64,000 nt of DNA from Octopus vulgaris (GCA_951406725.2 OX597837.1:44826001-44890000), one strand, 5' to 3'; shown: positions 1 through 13,282, numbered from the stretch's first letter. The notes: generated by a model from the sequence alone, not told the origin. Numbers and translations: made by a program.

Positions 1-536
1 CTGCAATGATATCACAAACAGTACATGTATTATTAGAGTATCTGTAGGGATGTGATGTCATTATAACATATACAAACTGCAATGATATCGCTGGCAATAA
101 AGGCATCAGTGTCAATAATATTGCCTACGTGAAAACTGACATATGTATACATTACTGTATCACTTACATCACGTTATGTATAAAGACATCACTGACAGGA
201 TATTATGCCTATTACTGTCTCTGGAACGGTATCGCATGTCCAGGGCATTGGGGGCTAAATTTGATGGTGTATTAAGTCTAATTTCCCCAGGAACATTTGG
301 ATACATCAGTGAACTGTCAAAACAGCGTAGGCGGGCATAAAGATTAAAGTTGTAGCTGAGAAAAAATTGGCTGACATGGAGGGCTTTGTAACCACGTGGT
401 TACAAAGCGAATATCGTATACACTTGTTAAACCCATTTCCATGCTTGCATCGATATCAGTAAAATTTTCTTCAAATCAAACACTAACATATTTTACAAAG
501 AAAGATATATTCTACAATATAATATTTACGGTTGTA

Positions 537-692
537 TCTGGGGAGAGTTATTTTCTTTTTGTGCCTTATAATGTAACACACTCACCGGTAAAATTTCCGT
601 TTATTTTTATTTTCCTAAAATTTTCGTTGCGTCTTGCAACCTTTTCAATAGTCTTGACTATAAGGCACAAAAAGAAAATGACTTTCTCCAGA
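537..692 (-). mobile_element. Penelope-like terminal-repeat relic: ~34-bp inverted repeat enclosing a minimal hammerhead-like motif
   Basis: Arms 537-570 and 659-692 are near reverse complements. Minus strand 651-615 reads cta-TTGAAAA-g-GTTGC-aagac-GCAAC-GAAA-at-TT-tag. Confidence 0.55.
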
Positions 693-892
693 CACAAAAG
701 AATATGCTTCAACACACGAACTCATTTAAAGAATCTTGCAAACCAAATCCAAAAATGAAATATTTACGATATCATTTAAAAAAAATATGTGACTAGCATT
801 GTTGGCCTGGAGATAAAATAATAAAGCCAGCAACAACCGATTTTCCTAAAGACACATTTGGCCAAAAGCCCCACACAGTGAGATTAAACCCG

Positions 893-1640
893 TTACTCTT
901 CTTTAGTTTATTACTTGTTTCAGTCGTTAGGCTACGGCCATGGTGGAGCACCACCTTAAGAAAATTTTAGTCGAACGAATCAACTCTTACCAACCGCTAA
1001 ACACACCAGCAGCATTTGTCAAGCGGATGTGCGGAACAAACACAGACACAAGTGCGCACGTACACAAATAAACGATAAACGTCGCCCTTTTCATGCCTAG
1101 CCAGGCTCATGGGCCCGGTTTCCCGGTTTCTGTGGCGTATGTGTTCCCCCCAGCTGGACGGGACGCCAGTCCATCGCAGCGTTACTCAAGAAACAGGAAG
1201 AGAGAGAGAGAGAGAAAGTTGTGGCGAAAGGGTACAACAGAGGTCACCACTATCTCCTGCCGCAACCTCGTGGAGTTTTTAGGTATTTTCGCTCAATAAA
1301 CACTCACAACGCCCGGTCTGGGAATCGAAACTGCGATCCTCCGACTGCGGGTCCGGTGCCCTAACCACTGGGTCACTGCGCCTCCGCACGTACACACAAA
1401 TACACAAACACAAAAACACGACGGGCTTCTTCTAATTTCCGTCTATCAAATCCATTTACAAGCCAGTACTAGACCCGACGCTACAATAATAAAAAAGAAA
1501 CATTTGACCTAAGTGCCATGCAGTGTGACTGAACCCAGAAGCCTGTGGCCGCAAACTCTGTGATTGAACCCGGAACTTCGAGGCCGCAAAGCGAACTTCT
1601 TACCATACAGCCTATTTATACCGTTGCGAAGCAAACTATT
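893..1640 (-). mobile_element. Degenerate family-A tRNA SINE interrupted by a second SINE
   Basis: Tail (tacttgtttcagtc...ggagcaccacc) at ~900-960 and head remnants at ~1420-1620 match the intact copy at 49179-49605. Confidence 0.65.
1083..1385 (-). mobile_element. tRNA-derived SINE, family C (V-domain-like body)
   Basis: Minus strand starts ggaggcgcagtgacccagtggttagggc...gtttcgattccc (A and B boxes). Body contains gcgatggactggcgtcccgtccag. A related partial copy lies at 60550-60770. Confidence 0.75.
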
Positions 1641-2954
1641 TAAACATACCACGATGCCAGCTACCATGTCTAACATTTATAGGAAGATGCATTATTCATT
1701 AATTCTCATCACTGATTATATGCGGAATATTTTCCAACGCTGTGACCAATTAACAATTAAAAATTTCTCGTCGGTAATTTAAAAGTAATAAAATGAAAAC
1801 TTTATTGATAATATAATTTTTATGTCAATTAACCTCATTTTTAGAGGTGAAGGTTTATTCAAATTTATATCTACACAAGAGTAGACATCAGTATTGAATA
1901 TTGAAATATTCCACTTACATACCTAAACACACATACATATATGTATGCATACATACACACATATATGCACACACACATATATATATATACATACATGTAG
2001 GAATACATATATACATGCATACATACATACATGTATGCCACACAGCCACGCCTGCACCTATGTATGTATATGTATTTGTAAATATATATATTTGTTTATA
2101 CTTGTGTAGATACAAATACTCACATCTATTTATCTGTCTGTCTGTCTGTATGTATGTATGACTGTCTATCTAGATGTACGTGTGTGTGTGTATGTGTGTG
2201 TGCTTGTGTGTGTGTGTGTGTGTGTGTATGTGTGCGCGAATATGTGTGTATGTGTTGTGTGCGTGTTTTGCAAATCAAGTCGGAGGTTAATATTATTTCT
2301 GCATATTTGTTTGTTCTTTTCTGTTTTTAATTATTTAAATTCTTCTTCTGAAGAAGGAGTTGGCTTCTTAGAAAGATACAAAGCTCCATCGTTGGAACGA
2401 AGATAACGAAAACAATGTCACTATTTATACTTGAGAAAAGTTTTGCATATCTTTACTGTTCCACTCACAGATTGTATTTCCAATGATCGAGTTCGTGAGT
2501 CGAGTTCTTTTTCTGAAAATCTTGGCTTATTCAAGACTGTCAGATAGGCGTTTACTCTTAATGAATTATGATTTTTCTCTGTGTTTAGTTTAACTTCTTA
2601 TGAGACTTCGAGTCGTTTGCTAACCAAGCAGCAAAACAGTTTAAATTCAAATACTTCTCGGTGTTTGTAAATACGTGGTTGAGTTGGTGTGTAGAGTGAA
2701 CTGTCAACACATACACTTAAGTGTGCGTATCTTTTCACATAAGAACCCCACATAGGGAATTTCTGGAATGTATGTATGAGTGTTTGTATGTGTGTATATA
2801 TGTATTTATGTGTAAGTTTGTTTGTATGTGTTTGTGTAGCACTTCGTCTAACAAAGCCATTAAAAAGTGGTAAAGGCATAGCTGTGTGATTAAAAAATTC
2901 ACTGGGCAAGTATTTTCCACAAAGGACCCGGGAAACCAATAACCTGTGAGAGAA

Positions 2955-3152
2955 GTTGGGGAGAATTCACAAAAAAACAAACAAAAGACGAAAACAGGTG
3001 GTGAAGACAACAAACAGTTGTATTAGTTTAACGCTCGGAAAGTTAAAAAGTCTTTAACGTTTCGAGCCTACGCTCTTCCACAGAAAGGAACACAGAAAGA
3101 TACAGGGAGAGAAAATAAAGAATGTGTACTGGCTAGCAATTCGTCATGGCGA
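2955..3152 (-). mobile_element. Penelope-like terminal-repeat relic with degenerate minimal hammerhead
   Basis: Minus strand 3087-3052: cttt-CTGTGGA-a-GAGC-gtag-GCTC-GAAA-cg-TT-aaag. A homologous copy in opposite orientation is at 59160-59340. Confidence 0.6.
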
Positions 3153-3336
3153 ATATACATATATATCTATATAGACAAGTAGAGTTAGCGGTTGAAATTA
3201 CCGTCTAAGGGATAAGAATATCCGTTCTTACTACCGGTATCAATTACCTATGTTAACCCTAGGCATGGGTATGAAAGCACACTATGCTCATAGGGTACAG
3301 GCAATGACAGAATAAGCAAAAGTTTATTAGGAATCA

Positions 3337-3548
3337 AATTTAAATAAGCAGAAAATGGAGAAAACTTTTGATCAACAAACAAACTGACTAAAGTCGGTTA
3401 ATTATTTTTTAATACAAAAAATAGTATAACAATTCTTACGGCCGTTTCGGCTGCCAATGTGAGTCGGTGTTTGCAAAAGATAATTAACCGATGTTGGTCA
3501 ATTTGTTTGTTGATCAAAAGTTTTCTCCATTCCCTGTTTATTTAAATT
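3337..3548. repeat. ~69-bp imperfect inverted repeat (fold-back), probable Penelope-like end
   Basis: 3337-3405 is a near reverse complement of 3480-3548. The spacer carries GAAA-CGGCCG-TA on the minus strand (3' half of a hammerhead). It abuts (TA)n. Confidence 0.75.
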
Positions 3549-4049
3549 ATATATATATATGAGTGCGTGCGTGTGTGGATGTAAGGGCGTATGCGTGTGC
3601 TTGTGTGTGTATCCTGGCGTCGACTTGCTCGACTAAAACCTTCAAGGCATAGCCGGAGTCAACCGACTGGGAAAGTAAAAGAGTAAAAGAATATGTATAT
3701 TGTAATGCCTCGCTCCCCAGCGGCAACGATCGTTAAGCATGCTGTTAAATGCAGCAGTTTAACATTGAAAGGCTACATTATCTGAGTGAGTTGGGCAGAT
3801 TAAGTTTGATTACAGTAAATGGTTACCTTTAGGTACATTCTCTTCCAGAAGGATATTGGACGGTGAAGTACAGTCACTGTCAAAGACGGCTACAAAATAA
3901 AATCAAATTAATGAGAATAAAAAGAAAACGGAGCAAGTATAAAACAATACAAGTGTTAATAAGGATTACAGATTTTAGCACATCGGCAGCGATTTTGAGG
4001 AGAGGGGTTACGTCTATTACATCGACCTTAGTGCTCAACTGGCATTTGT

Positions 4050-4590
4050 TTACCACAGATTTGCTTGTCAGTTGCTTGACCATGACTGGTTGAGCATATC
4101 CCTAAGTGGCTGACGATATGTGCATTTCTGATCATGAGCAGAAGTAGTGGAGGAGCATCATAGCCGTGTGTTGAAAGGAATTCTTTGGGATTTGAATTAT
4201 TCACCTTTGGAAACATGGATGGTTCGTTCAATATCCTTAAACAACCCTTATTCAGGGACTTATTGAGCGGGATGGGTTACTCGAGCAGAAGAAAAGTCTT
4301 ACTGGGCCCCACCTACAAGGTCATGTGCTGTTTATTTTCATATGAAATGACCACAAGTTGTGTCTGTGAATATATTCCATCTTAGGCAGGACTGAGCAGC
4401 CAGAGACAATATGATTTAGTTTTTTGTTCATCATCACATATTCTGCAGTTACTTGTAATTTGTTTTCATTATGCGTTTTTGGCGATTTCTTGTGGGAAGG
4501 TTTTGATCTTTTGCTGCAATTAAAAATCCTTCAGTCTCTGCTTTGAGTCTCGAGCTTCTTAACCATTTTTGGGGATTTTGCTTTGTTTGA
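4050..4590 (-). mobile_element. R4/Dong-like RLE LINE relic
   Basis: Minus strand ~4590-4395 reads WLRSSRLKAETEGFLIAAKDQNLPTRN...CRICDDEQ...IVSGC (degenerate CCHC knuckle region of the R4 clade), with frameshifts. The extent to 4050 is less certain. Confidence 0.7.
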
Positions 4591-4739
4591 AAGTAGAATC
4601 AACAAAAAGAGTACTCCATCCAGAGAGAAATAAATATCATTTAATGAACGCTGTATTTTATAATGTTACTGAAATCTTTCTAACCACGTCTCTATAGCAA
4701 AACACAATGCGTAGTTCTTATTTTAATATTGCTTTCATT

Positions 4740-4802
<63 letters not shown>

Positions 4803-4998
4803 ATATATATACAGGTCATATGCTGCTTTAATATTATATTTTTATTTATTCCATTATATGTTTCCAAATTATATTTATATTTTTATTTTTTTATTCCCTC
4901 AATTTTAATCATCATTTCTGACGTTGTTTTGTTTTATTAAAATATTCTCATTTCAAATGCATTATTTGTATTAAAATGTGATGGCAACTTTTTGTCTG

Positions 4999-5410
<412 letters not shown>

Positions 5411-5735
5411 CTACATAATAATACATAGGCGTGTGTGAAGTATGTGCATGGTTGTGTCTTTATGCATACGTGTGTGCGTATGTGGTGGGGTAATTTGATT
5501 TATGGTGACAAGTTACAAAGCCGATTTCCGAATGCAAACATTTATCGTATTCCCATATTAACTGATAAAAATTCTATTCAATCCCATACAGGAAGACATG
5601 AAATTAAAAACTAAATATATGAAACGAAGTATAACAGCCTCGTATCTCTAACACAAAAACGTAGAAATTTGACACATGGAAAGAATATATGCAAATACGC
5701 AGTATACATACACCACCCCTGTAGACCTCCTCTCA

Positions 5736-6087
5736 TACGACCCAGCCGCATTTGCTCGCCATAGACTAACTACGACCCAGCCGCATTTGCTCGCCATAGA
5801 CTAACTACGACTCAGCCGCATTTGCTCGCCATAGACTAACTACGACCCAGCCGCATTTGCTCGCCATAGACTAACTACGACCCAGCCGCATTTGCTCGCC
5901 ATAGACTAACTACGACCCAGCCGCATTTGCTCGCCATAGACTAACTACGACCCAGCCGCATTTGCTCGCCATAGACTAACTACGACCCAGCCGCATTTGC
6001 TCGCCATAGACTAACTACGACCCAGCCGCATTTGCTCGCCATAGACTAACTACGACCCAGCCGCATTTGCTCGCCATAGACTAACTA
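5736..6087. repeat. 35-bp minisatellite, 10 copies
   Basis: Unit tacgacccagccgcatttgctcgccatagactaac repeated 10 times (5736-6085) with one C>T variant at 5812; no spacers. Confidence 0.97.
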
Positions 6088-6670
6088 TGCATATTCTGCC
6101 GCTCTTCTATAAATAGCAGAATGTTCAGATTAAAAACCGACGATTCATTATAACTGTTTTATACATACCTGGCTTGAAAACTGACCAAAGTAAGAGCATT
6201 CGAAACCATATTTTCAATTTAATGTCCGTGGTTTTTAATGTTGCCATTGTTGAGGTTTTGCGAAAGGCAGCTTGAGAGAAAAGATAGAAAAAAAAAGTAG
6301 GAATAAAAGCGAATGTCGATTCTTAATATTTATTTTGGCACAAGGCCAGCAATTTTGAAGGAGGGGGCAGTGCTCAACTGGTACTCATTTTATCGACCCT
6401 GAAATGATGAAATACCTCGACGTCAGTGGATTGTGAACTCAGAACGTAAAGACGGACACAATGTCGCTATGCACTTTGTCCAGCGTGCAAACGCTTCTTC
6501 AGGCTCTCCATCTTATCGATTCTTAATATTGCTACAAGATAAAAACATTTTTTCAATAAAAGTTTATTTGATAAAGCTACGAATGTGTAAACCCGTTGGA
6601 GAATAGGAAAACAATTGTCGTTATTTGTTTCGTCTCTCAGCACTCGGAGTTCAAATGCTGTCAAGGACAA

Positions 6671-6885
6671 ACTCTTTCTCTTTACTCTTTTACTTGTTTC
6701 AGTCATTTGACTGTGGCCATGCTGGAGCACCGCCTTTAGTCGAACAAATCGACCCCAGGACTTATTCTCTGAAAGCCTAGTACTTATTCTATCGGTCTCT
6801 TTTGCCGAACCGCTAATTTACGGGGACGTAAACACACCAGCATCGGTTGTCAAGCGATGTTAGGGAGACAAACACAGACACACAA

Positions 6886-6952
<67 letters not shown>

Positions 6953-7120
6953 TACGACAGGCTTCATTCAGTTTCCGTCTATCAAATCTACTCACAAGTC
7001 TTTGGTTGGCCCGAGGCTATAGTAGAAGACACGTGTCCAAGGTGCCACACATTGGGACTGAACCCGGAACCATGTGGTTCGTAAGCAACCTATTTACCAC
7101 ACAGCCACTCCAACGCCTAC
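6671..7120 (-). mobile_element. Family-A tRNA SINE (CORE-like segment, internal (TA)n/(TG)n, (AAAGAGTA)n-like tail)
   Basis: Near full-length reverse-complement match to 49179-49605. Confidence 0.9.
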
Positions 7121-7879
7121 GCCTGTTTAGTTTTCATTATTTCGGGGTCAATAATGTAGCAGCTAATTACTATGGAAGTATCATCTTCTTAGCAATCGGC
7201 TACATTGTACCTTAAGAATGATTATTCACAGCGTCACATTTTACCCCAGATGGGAAGAATCTGTAAGTGAGGAGCAGGAATCTTTTGCATGTAAGGCTGA
7301 AGTTGAGATCTTGGGAAGAGAATGCAAACCCTTAATTCACATGCTACAAAGGATCACAATGTCTGAGACTAGAAGAATCTGAAAGACCTTCTAAGGATCT
7401 AAAGGACGATGGTTAAAACGAAATACTTTGCTTCACAACCTTGCTACCATGTAGGTGACCGGTAAAAATTTAATTTAATATTCTTTTCTACCCTAGGCGC
7501 AAGGCCCGAAATTTTGGGGGAGGGAACCAGAATGAAAGCAGCAATACAACACAAATTGGGACCAATATTTAGTCTGACGTGATATCGATTTCTCTACTGG
7601 GATAATACAGCAGTTTAGATAATCACATCGGCATGTAATCAATTAGAACTGGACAGGTAAAGTTAATTAAATTTATTGATATTTAATTACATAACAACAA
7701 CAAGATGGCCAACCTGCAGAGAACATGGTAACTACTGCGATAGTCTTAATTAACGATGTCTGACTTTCAATCTGGAACAAGCATGTAGATAGAAGAGATT
7801 AAATGAATTTATTATAAGCAAATCACGCCGTTGTTTTAGCACGTTTAGCCTCAAGACACTTCTTAATCTTTTATCGTTC

Positions 7880-7944
7880 ATTAGTTTCAGTCATTGGATA
7901 GCGGCCATCCTGGAGCACTTCTTCCTCGAAATGTTTATATATGT

Positions 7945-8006
<62 letters not shown>

Positions 8007-8092
8007 GAGGGTTTCGAATGTCCTGTCCGTGTTTATTGTGTCGTCTTCTAAGAGTTATACGTTCTTGTCCATGTTGTATTTTTCTACATACC

Positions 8093-8185
<93 letters not shown>

Positions 8186-8334
8186 CTGTTTCCGTCTACC
8201 AAATCCACTCACAAGGCTTTGGTCGGCCCGAGGTCATAGTAGAAGACACTTGCCCAAGGTGCCACGCAGTGGGACTGAACCCAGAACCATGTGGTTTGTA
8301 AGCAAGCTACTTACCTCGCAGCCACTCCTGAGCC

Positions 8335-8337
<3 letters not shown>
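7880..8337 (-). mobile_element. Family-A SINE with expanded internal (TA)n and a foreign ~90-bp insert
   Basis: Head at 8185-8337, tail remnant at ~7880-7930, unique insert at 8005-8095. Confidence 0.7.
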
Positions 8338-8413
<76 letters not shown>

Positions 8414-8732
8414 GTATATATCTCTCCCTCGCCATCGTGGTTCATCTATCACGCATTCAGTACACCGTGGATTTTCTGGCTCATGTATGTAAATTTATAT
8501 CGTGGACTCCTCATTATATCCGGGTTCTGCAGCCGATAGGTATTTATATTTTCTTAATTTTTAATTATATCTGTAAGAGGTTCTGGAACGTAACGCCCGT
8601 GATAGTCGAGGGATTACTGAGTATATATATATATATATATATATATAGTAGGTGAATGAATTATCCTAGTATTGATAATTCGGTTAATCGATACCTTGGT
8701 AGCAAATTCACGTCAGAAAACACGGTTGTAGC

Positions 8733-8883
<151 letters not shown>

Positions 8884-10094
8884 AATATACATGTATATAT
8901 GTATGTACGTATATGTACATTTCCATACGTGTGTGTATGTGTATGTGTGTACGCATGTATATGTATGTACTTATATATGTATATATTATCAGTATAATCC
9001 AATGTCGTATTGATGTCTCCTTATGGTGACCTCGTTTGACATTCCATCCACCGTAAGCTCTATGGCGACGGAAGAGCGGTCATGTGTGTGCAGACCCAAC
9101 AAGGTACACGTGTACAATCCCTTACTCCTCAAACCATGCATTTGAGAAGTCATGGACGGAAAGTCAGAAATGTTATTCACAGCAAGGAAGCACGAGGACA
9201 CGTGTGCCATCTGTGAACATGGGGTAATTACCATATTTGAATATGTGGTTTGTGAGAATGTGCCTGTGTGCGTACGTGTGCGTGTATCTGTGTGTGTGCG
9301 TGCTTGTGTGTGTGTTTTTGTGTGCGTGCGTATATATTTGTGTGCATATGTACGTATATATTAACGGTGGAACACGAAGTAGATGAAGCTAAGAAAAAAG
9401 CCAGTAAATGAGTTAAAATATCCTTTGGATATCAAAGATTCGCTTAGTTAAAATGCCTGCCATGTTTTAAATTAGGGAAGTATTACAAATGAAACGGTTT
9501 TTAGAAAAGTGAGAAGAAACACAAACTACATTTTCAAAACAAACTGAAAAGTTGAAAATTAGAATTAATAAACAAAGTAGAAGAAAGAAGAATTAAAGGA
9601 AAAATCCAAAACAAACCGTTTCATAGCAAACGCCGGAACGAAATTATTTTCTAAGACTAGTTTGTTCACGTGAAGAAGTTGCAGATGAAAACGTCATAGA
9701 AAAAATATCACGTGACGGAGGGGGGGAAACACACAAATCGATTTGATTGTGATGCAATTCCGTCGTCGTCAAATTATGATAAAATAATTAGGGAATACCT
9801 GAGAGAAAGTGAGAGAGGGAGAGGGTGGGGGATTGATAGGTGGATTGAGAGGGGTGGAGTAACAGACACAAACGTAATAATGAAGATGTTTTCAAGAGAG
9901 ACATACAAACGCATATACACACACACAAGCATGTATACACATTCGCACTCCCCCACATATATATATATATATTAATTTAAGTCACAGTATGTGGATTCAA
10001 GTAGTCCGATCCGGTAGTGCTCATAAAAAATATCCTTAACGTATATACACACATCCACATACATATATACATGTATATACATACATTAGGTTAG

Positions 10095-10150
10095 GAGCAC
10101 TCCGTCGGTTACGACGACGAGGGTCCCAGCTGATACGATCAACGGAACAT
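10095..10150 (-). mobile_element. 3' tail fragment of family-D SINE
   Basis: ggagcactccgtcggttacgacgacgagggtcccagctgatacgatcaacggaaca is a close reverse-complement match to 26443-26500. Confidence 0.7.
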
Positions 10151-10199
10151 TATATTATAATATAAAATAATATAATATAATATAAATATATACGTATAT

Positions 10200-10794
10200 A
10201 TTTCTTTATTGCCCTCAAGAGGCTAAACATAGAGGGGACAAACAAGGACAGACAGAAGGATTAAGTCGATTACATCGACCCCAGTGCGTAACTGGTACTT
10301 AATTTATCGACCCCGAAAGGATGAAAGGCAAAGTCGACCTCGGTGGAATTTGAACTCAGAACGTAAGTTCAGACGAAATACCTATTTCTTTATTACCCAC
10401 AAGGGGCTAAACACAGAAAGGACAAACAAGGACAGACAAACGAATTAAGTCGATTACATCGACGTCAGTGCGTAACTGGTACTTATTTAATCGGCCCCGG
10501 AAGGATGAAAGGCAAAGTCGACCTCGGTGGAATTTGAACTCAGAACGTAAGTTCAGACGAAATACCTATTTCTTTATTACCCACAAGGGGCTAAACACAG
10601 AGGGGACAAACAAGGACAGACATAGGTATTAAGTCGATTACATCGACCCCAGTGCGTAACTGGTACTTAATTTATCGACCCCGAAAGGATGAAAGGCAAA
10701 GTCGACCTCGGCGGAATTTGAACTCAGAACGTAAGAGCAGACGAAATACCGCTAAGCATTTCGCCCGGCGTGCTAACGTGTCTGCCAGCTCGCC
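10200..10794 (-). mobile_element. Family-B tRNA SINE (Meta-domain-like body), head plus three tandem body units
   Basis: Minus-strand head ggcgagctggcaga...gagttcaaattcc; body gtcgactttgcctttcatcctttcggggtcgataaattaagtaccag repeated three times at ~184-bp period. Confidence 0.9.
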
Positions 10795-12034
10795 AATATA
10801 TACGTATAGCAATACGTATATATGTAAATATATATTTGCAATAATGTAAGTATATATACATACGTGCATGTGTATCTATGTGTATGTGTGTGTGCATATG
10901 TCTGTGTGTGTGGTATGTGTGTGAGTGTGTGTGTATGTGTGCGTAAAATTGGGAAACGGCTTTGATTGCCAACTGTTTATTAAAAGGCCTAGCTATCTTG
11001 TTTTATTTTTTTATTCTTAAAGCTCTTTCATATTTCTTTCTTATATCTTCGCTTGTAGTTTAAGAGAATAACGTGCCTAAATCCAATAGTCTCGTCACAT
11101 TTCCCGGTATTCTTGTTCTCGTTGTCAGAATAAATTGATGGTCATAACGTTGAGTTGTTCACGAACTGTTCAGTACGTCACGTAAGGCCCTGAGGATATC
11201 GTTATAACTGACAAACCCATCCATGTCCGATTTAAATGTAATACAACAGTTAATTCCTAATAGATATCATAATTATTTAGCAGATGAAATAATTAGTCGT
11301 CCAGCATATGTCTAACTGATTTTTAGATAGTTATTGATGTTGCTTGATATTCAGAACTTTTAACATTCATGATTTGAGACGCTAAAACGTCTAGGACTAT
11401 GTTGCCACAAGTCCATATGGAATTCTGTTCGGTTTCCATCATGGTTATTTGATATTCTTGTGGACACGAAAACGCAAAACTAATCAAATTTCTATAGAAA
11501 CAATATCATCATCCTAACCGCTGAGCCTGGATGCGCATTCATCCATCATCCGTCGATGCTCTCGGTGTCGAGGGGATTGACCTGTTTTCTCTTCTGCGGG
11601 TCTTACGAATATAGCAAAGGACCACGATTCGGACTTCTCCCAGACTGGGACGAAGACCACTTCGCTCAACAGCAACAGAAACAGCAGATCTTTAATTAAT
11701 GACTCTTGTTAGATTTGTTAGCAAATGGCTGCCAGTGTAACTGAAGATGGGCTTTGCTTTGCAAGCAAATGAAAATTATGCGTTCATTAGTTCTTTAATA
11801 TAATTTGTTCAGCCGCCGCACCGAAAGCCGTACTGGAAATCTCTATCAAATAACAGGATATCCTCATAACATGACATTAAAAGGTATCAGTTGGTGATAT
11901 CAAGTATGTGGGCAGAAAATAATTAAATCTGAACGAATGCAAACAGAAGCCTAATGCTTCGATAAAAATGGTTGGAATTGAATGAGAAGATACGCCGTGT
12001 GACTTACGTTACTGAATTCACGAAGTTCTGAAAC

Positions 12035-12252
12035 ACTCTTTTACTCTTTTTTACTCTTTTACTTGTTTCAGTCATTTGACTGCGGCCATGCTGGAGCACC
12101 GCCTTTAATCGAGCAACTCGACTCCGGGACTTATTCTTTTGTAAGCCCAGTACTTATTCTATCGGTCTCTTTTGCCGAACCGCTAAGTAACGGGGACATA
12201 AACAAACCAGCATCGGTTGTCAAGCAACGCTAGTGGGACAAACACAGACACA

Positions 12253-12306
<54 letters not shown>

Positions 12307-12562
12307 ATAAATATTAGGGAATAAATCCAAATTTACAGGGAAAAAATCAGATTTAGGATTAAATCCAATTTTATAGTAAAATATTATATAATATTATTAG
12401 AGACAAAACCACTATTTTGCAAAACAAACAAGGAAAGACTTAATCAATACATAAAATTTTAATAAAAAGTCAAAAAATCAAAAATTTTTATTAAAATTTT
12501 ATGTATTGATTAAGTCTTTCCTTGTTTGTTTTGCAAAATAGTGGTTTTGTCTCTAATAATAT

Positions 12563-12613
<51 letters not shown>

Positions 12614-12778
12614 TACGACTGGCTTCTTTCAGTTTCCGTGTACCAAATCCACTCACAAGGCATTGGTCGGCCCGGGATTATAGCAGAAGACACTTGCCCA
12701 AGATGCCATGCAGTGGGACTGAACCCGGAACCATGTGGTTGGTTAGCAAGCTACTTACCACAGAGCCACTCCTACGCC
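12035..12778 (-). mobile_element. Family-A SINE carrying a fold-back insertion in its internal (TA)n
   Basis: Tail 12035-12290 and head 12612-12778 match family A; insert at ~12306-12570. Confidence 0.9.
12386..12567. repeat. Perfect 83-bp inverted repeat with 16-nt loop
   Basis: 12386-12468 is the exact reverse complement of 12485-12567. Confidence 0.95.
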
Positions 12779-12957
12779 TATACACACATATATATGTTTC
12801 TGTTTGTATCCATGTATATTTGTATGTATATGCACTTATTTTCCCCTACATTTGTGTATTTCTAAAGAGAGAAAGAAAGAAAACGAGAAAGGTATGTGTA
12901 TATGTATGTATATAGCATACGTATATGTACATATTTCTATCTATATAGTTTTATACA

Positions 12958-13105
12958 ACTTCCGCCGAGGTCGCCTTTGCCATTCATCCTTTCGGGGTCG
13001 ATTAAATAAGTACCAGTTACACATTGGGGTCGATATAATCGAATTAATTCGTTTGTCTGTCCTTGTCTGTTCTTGTCTGTTCCCTTGGGGGCAGTAAAGA
13101 AATAA
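12958..13105 (+). mobile_element. 5'-truncated family-B SINE
   Basis: tccgccgaggtcg...tcatcctttcggggtcgattaaataagtaccag...gcagtaaagaaataag. Confidence 0.85.
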
Positions 13106-13147
13106 GAAATATATAGTTTTATACAAATATACATATATGATAATGTA

Positions 13148-13219
<72 letters not shown>

Positions 13220-13249
13220 TATATATATATATATGTATATATATATATT

Positions 13250-13282
<33 letters not shown>

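Noticed and set aside
5736-6087. 35-bp repeat array as a CRISPR locus
   Set aside because: Units are directly adjacent with no unique spacers, there are no cas genes, and the context is eukaryotic.
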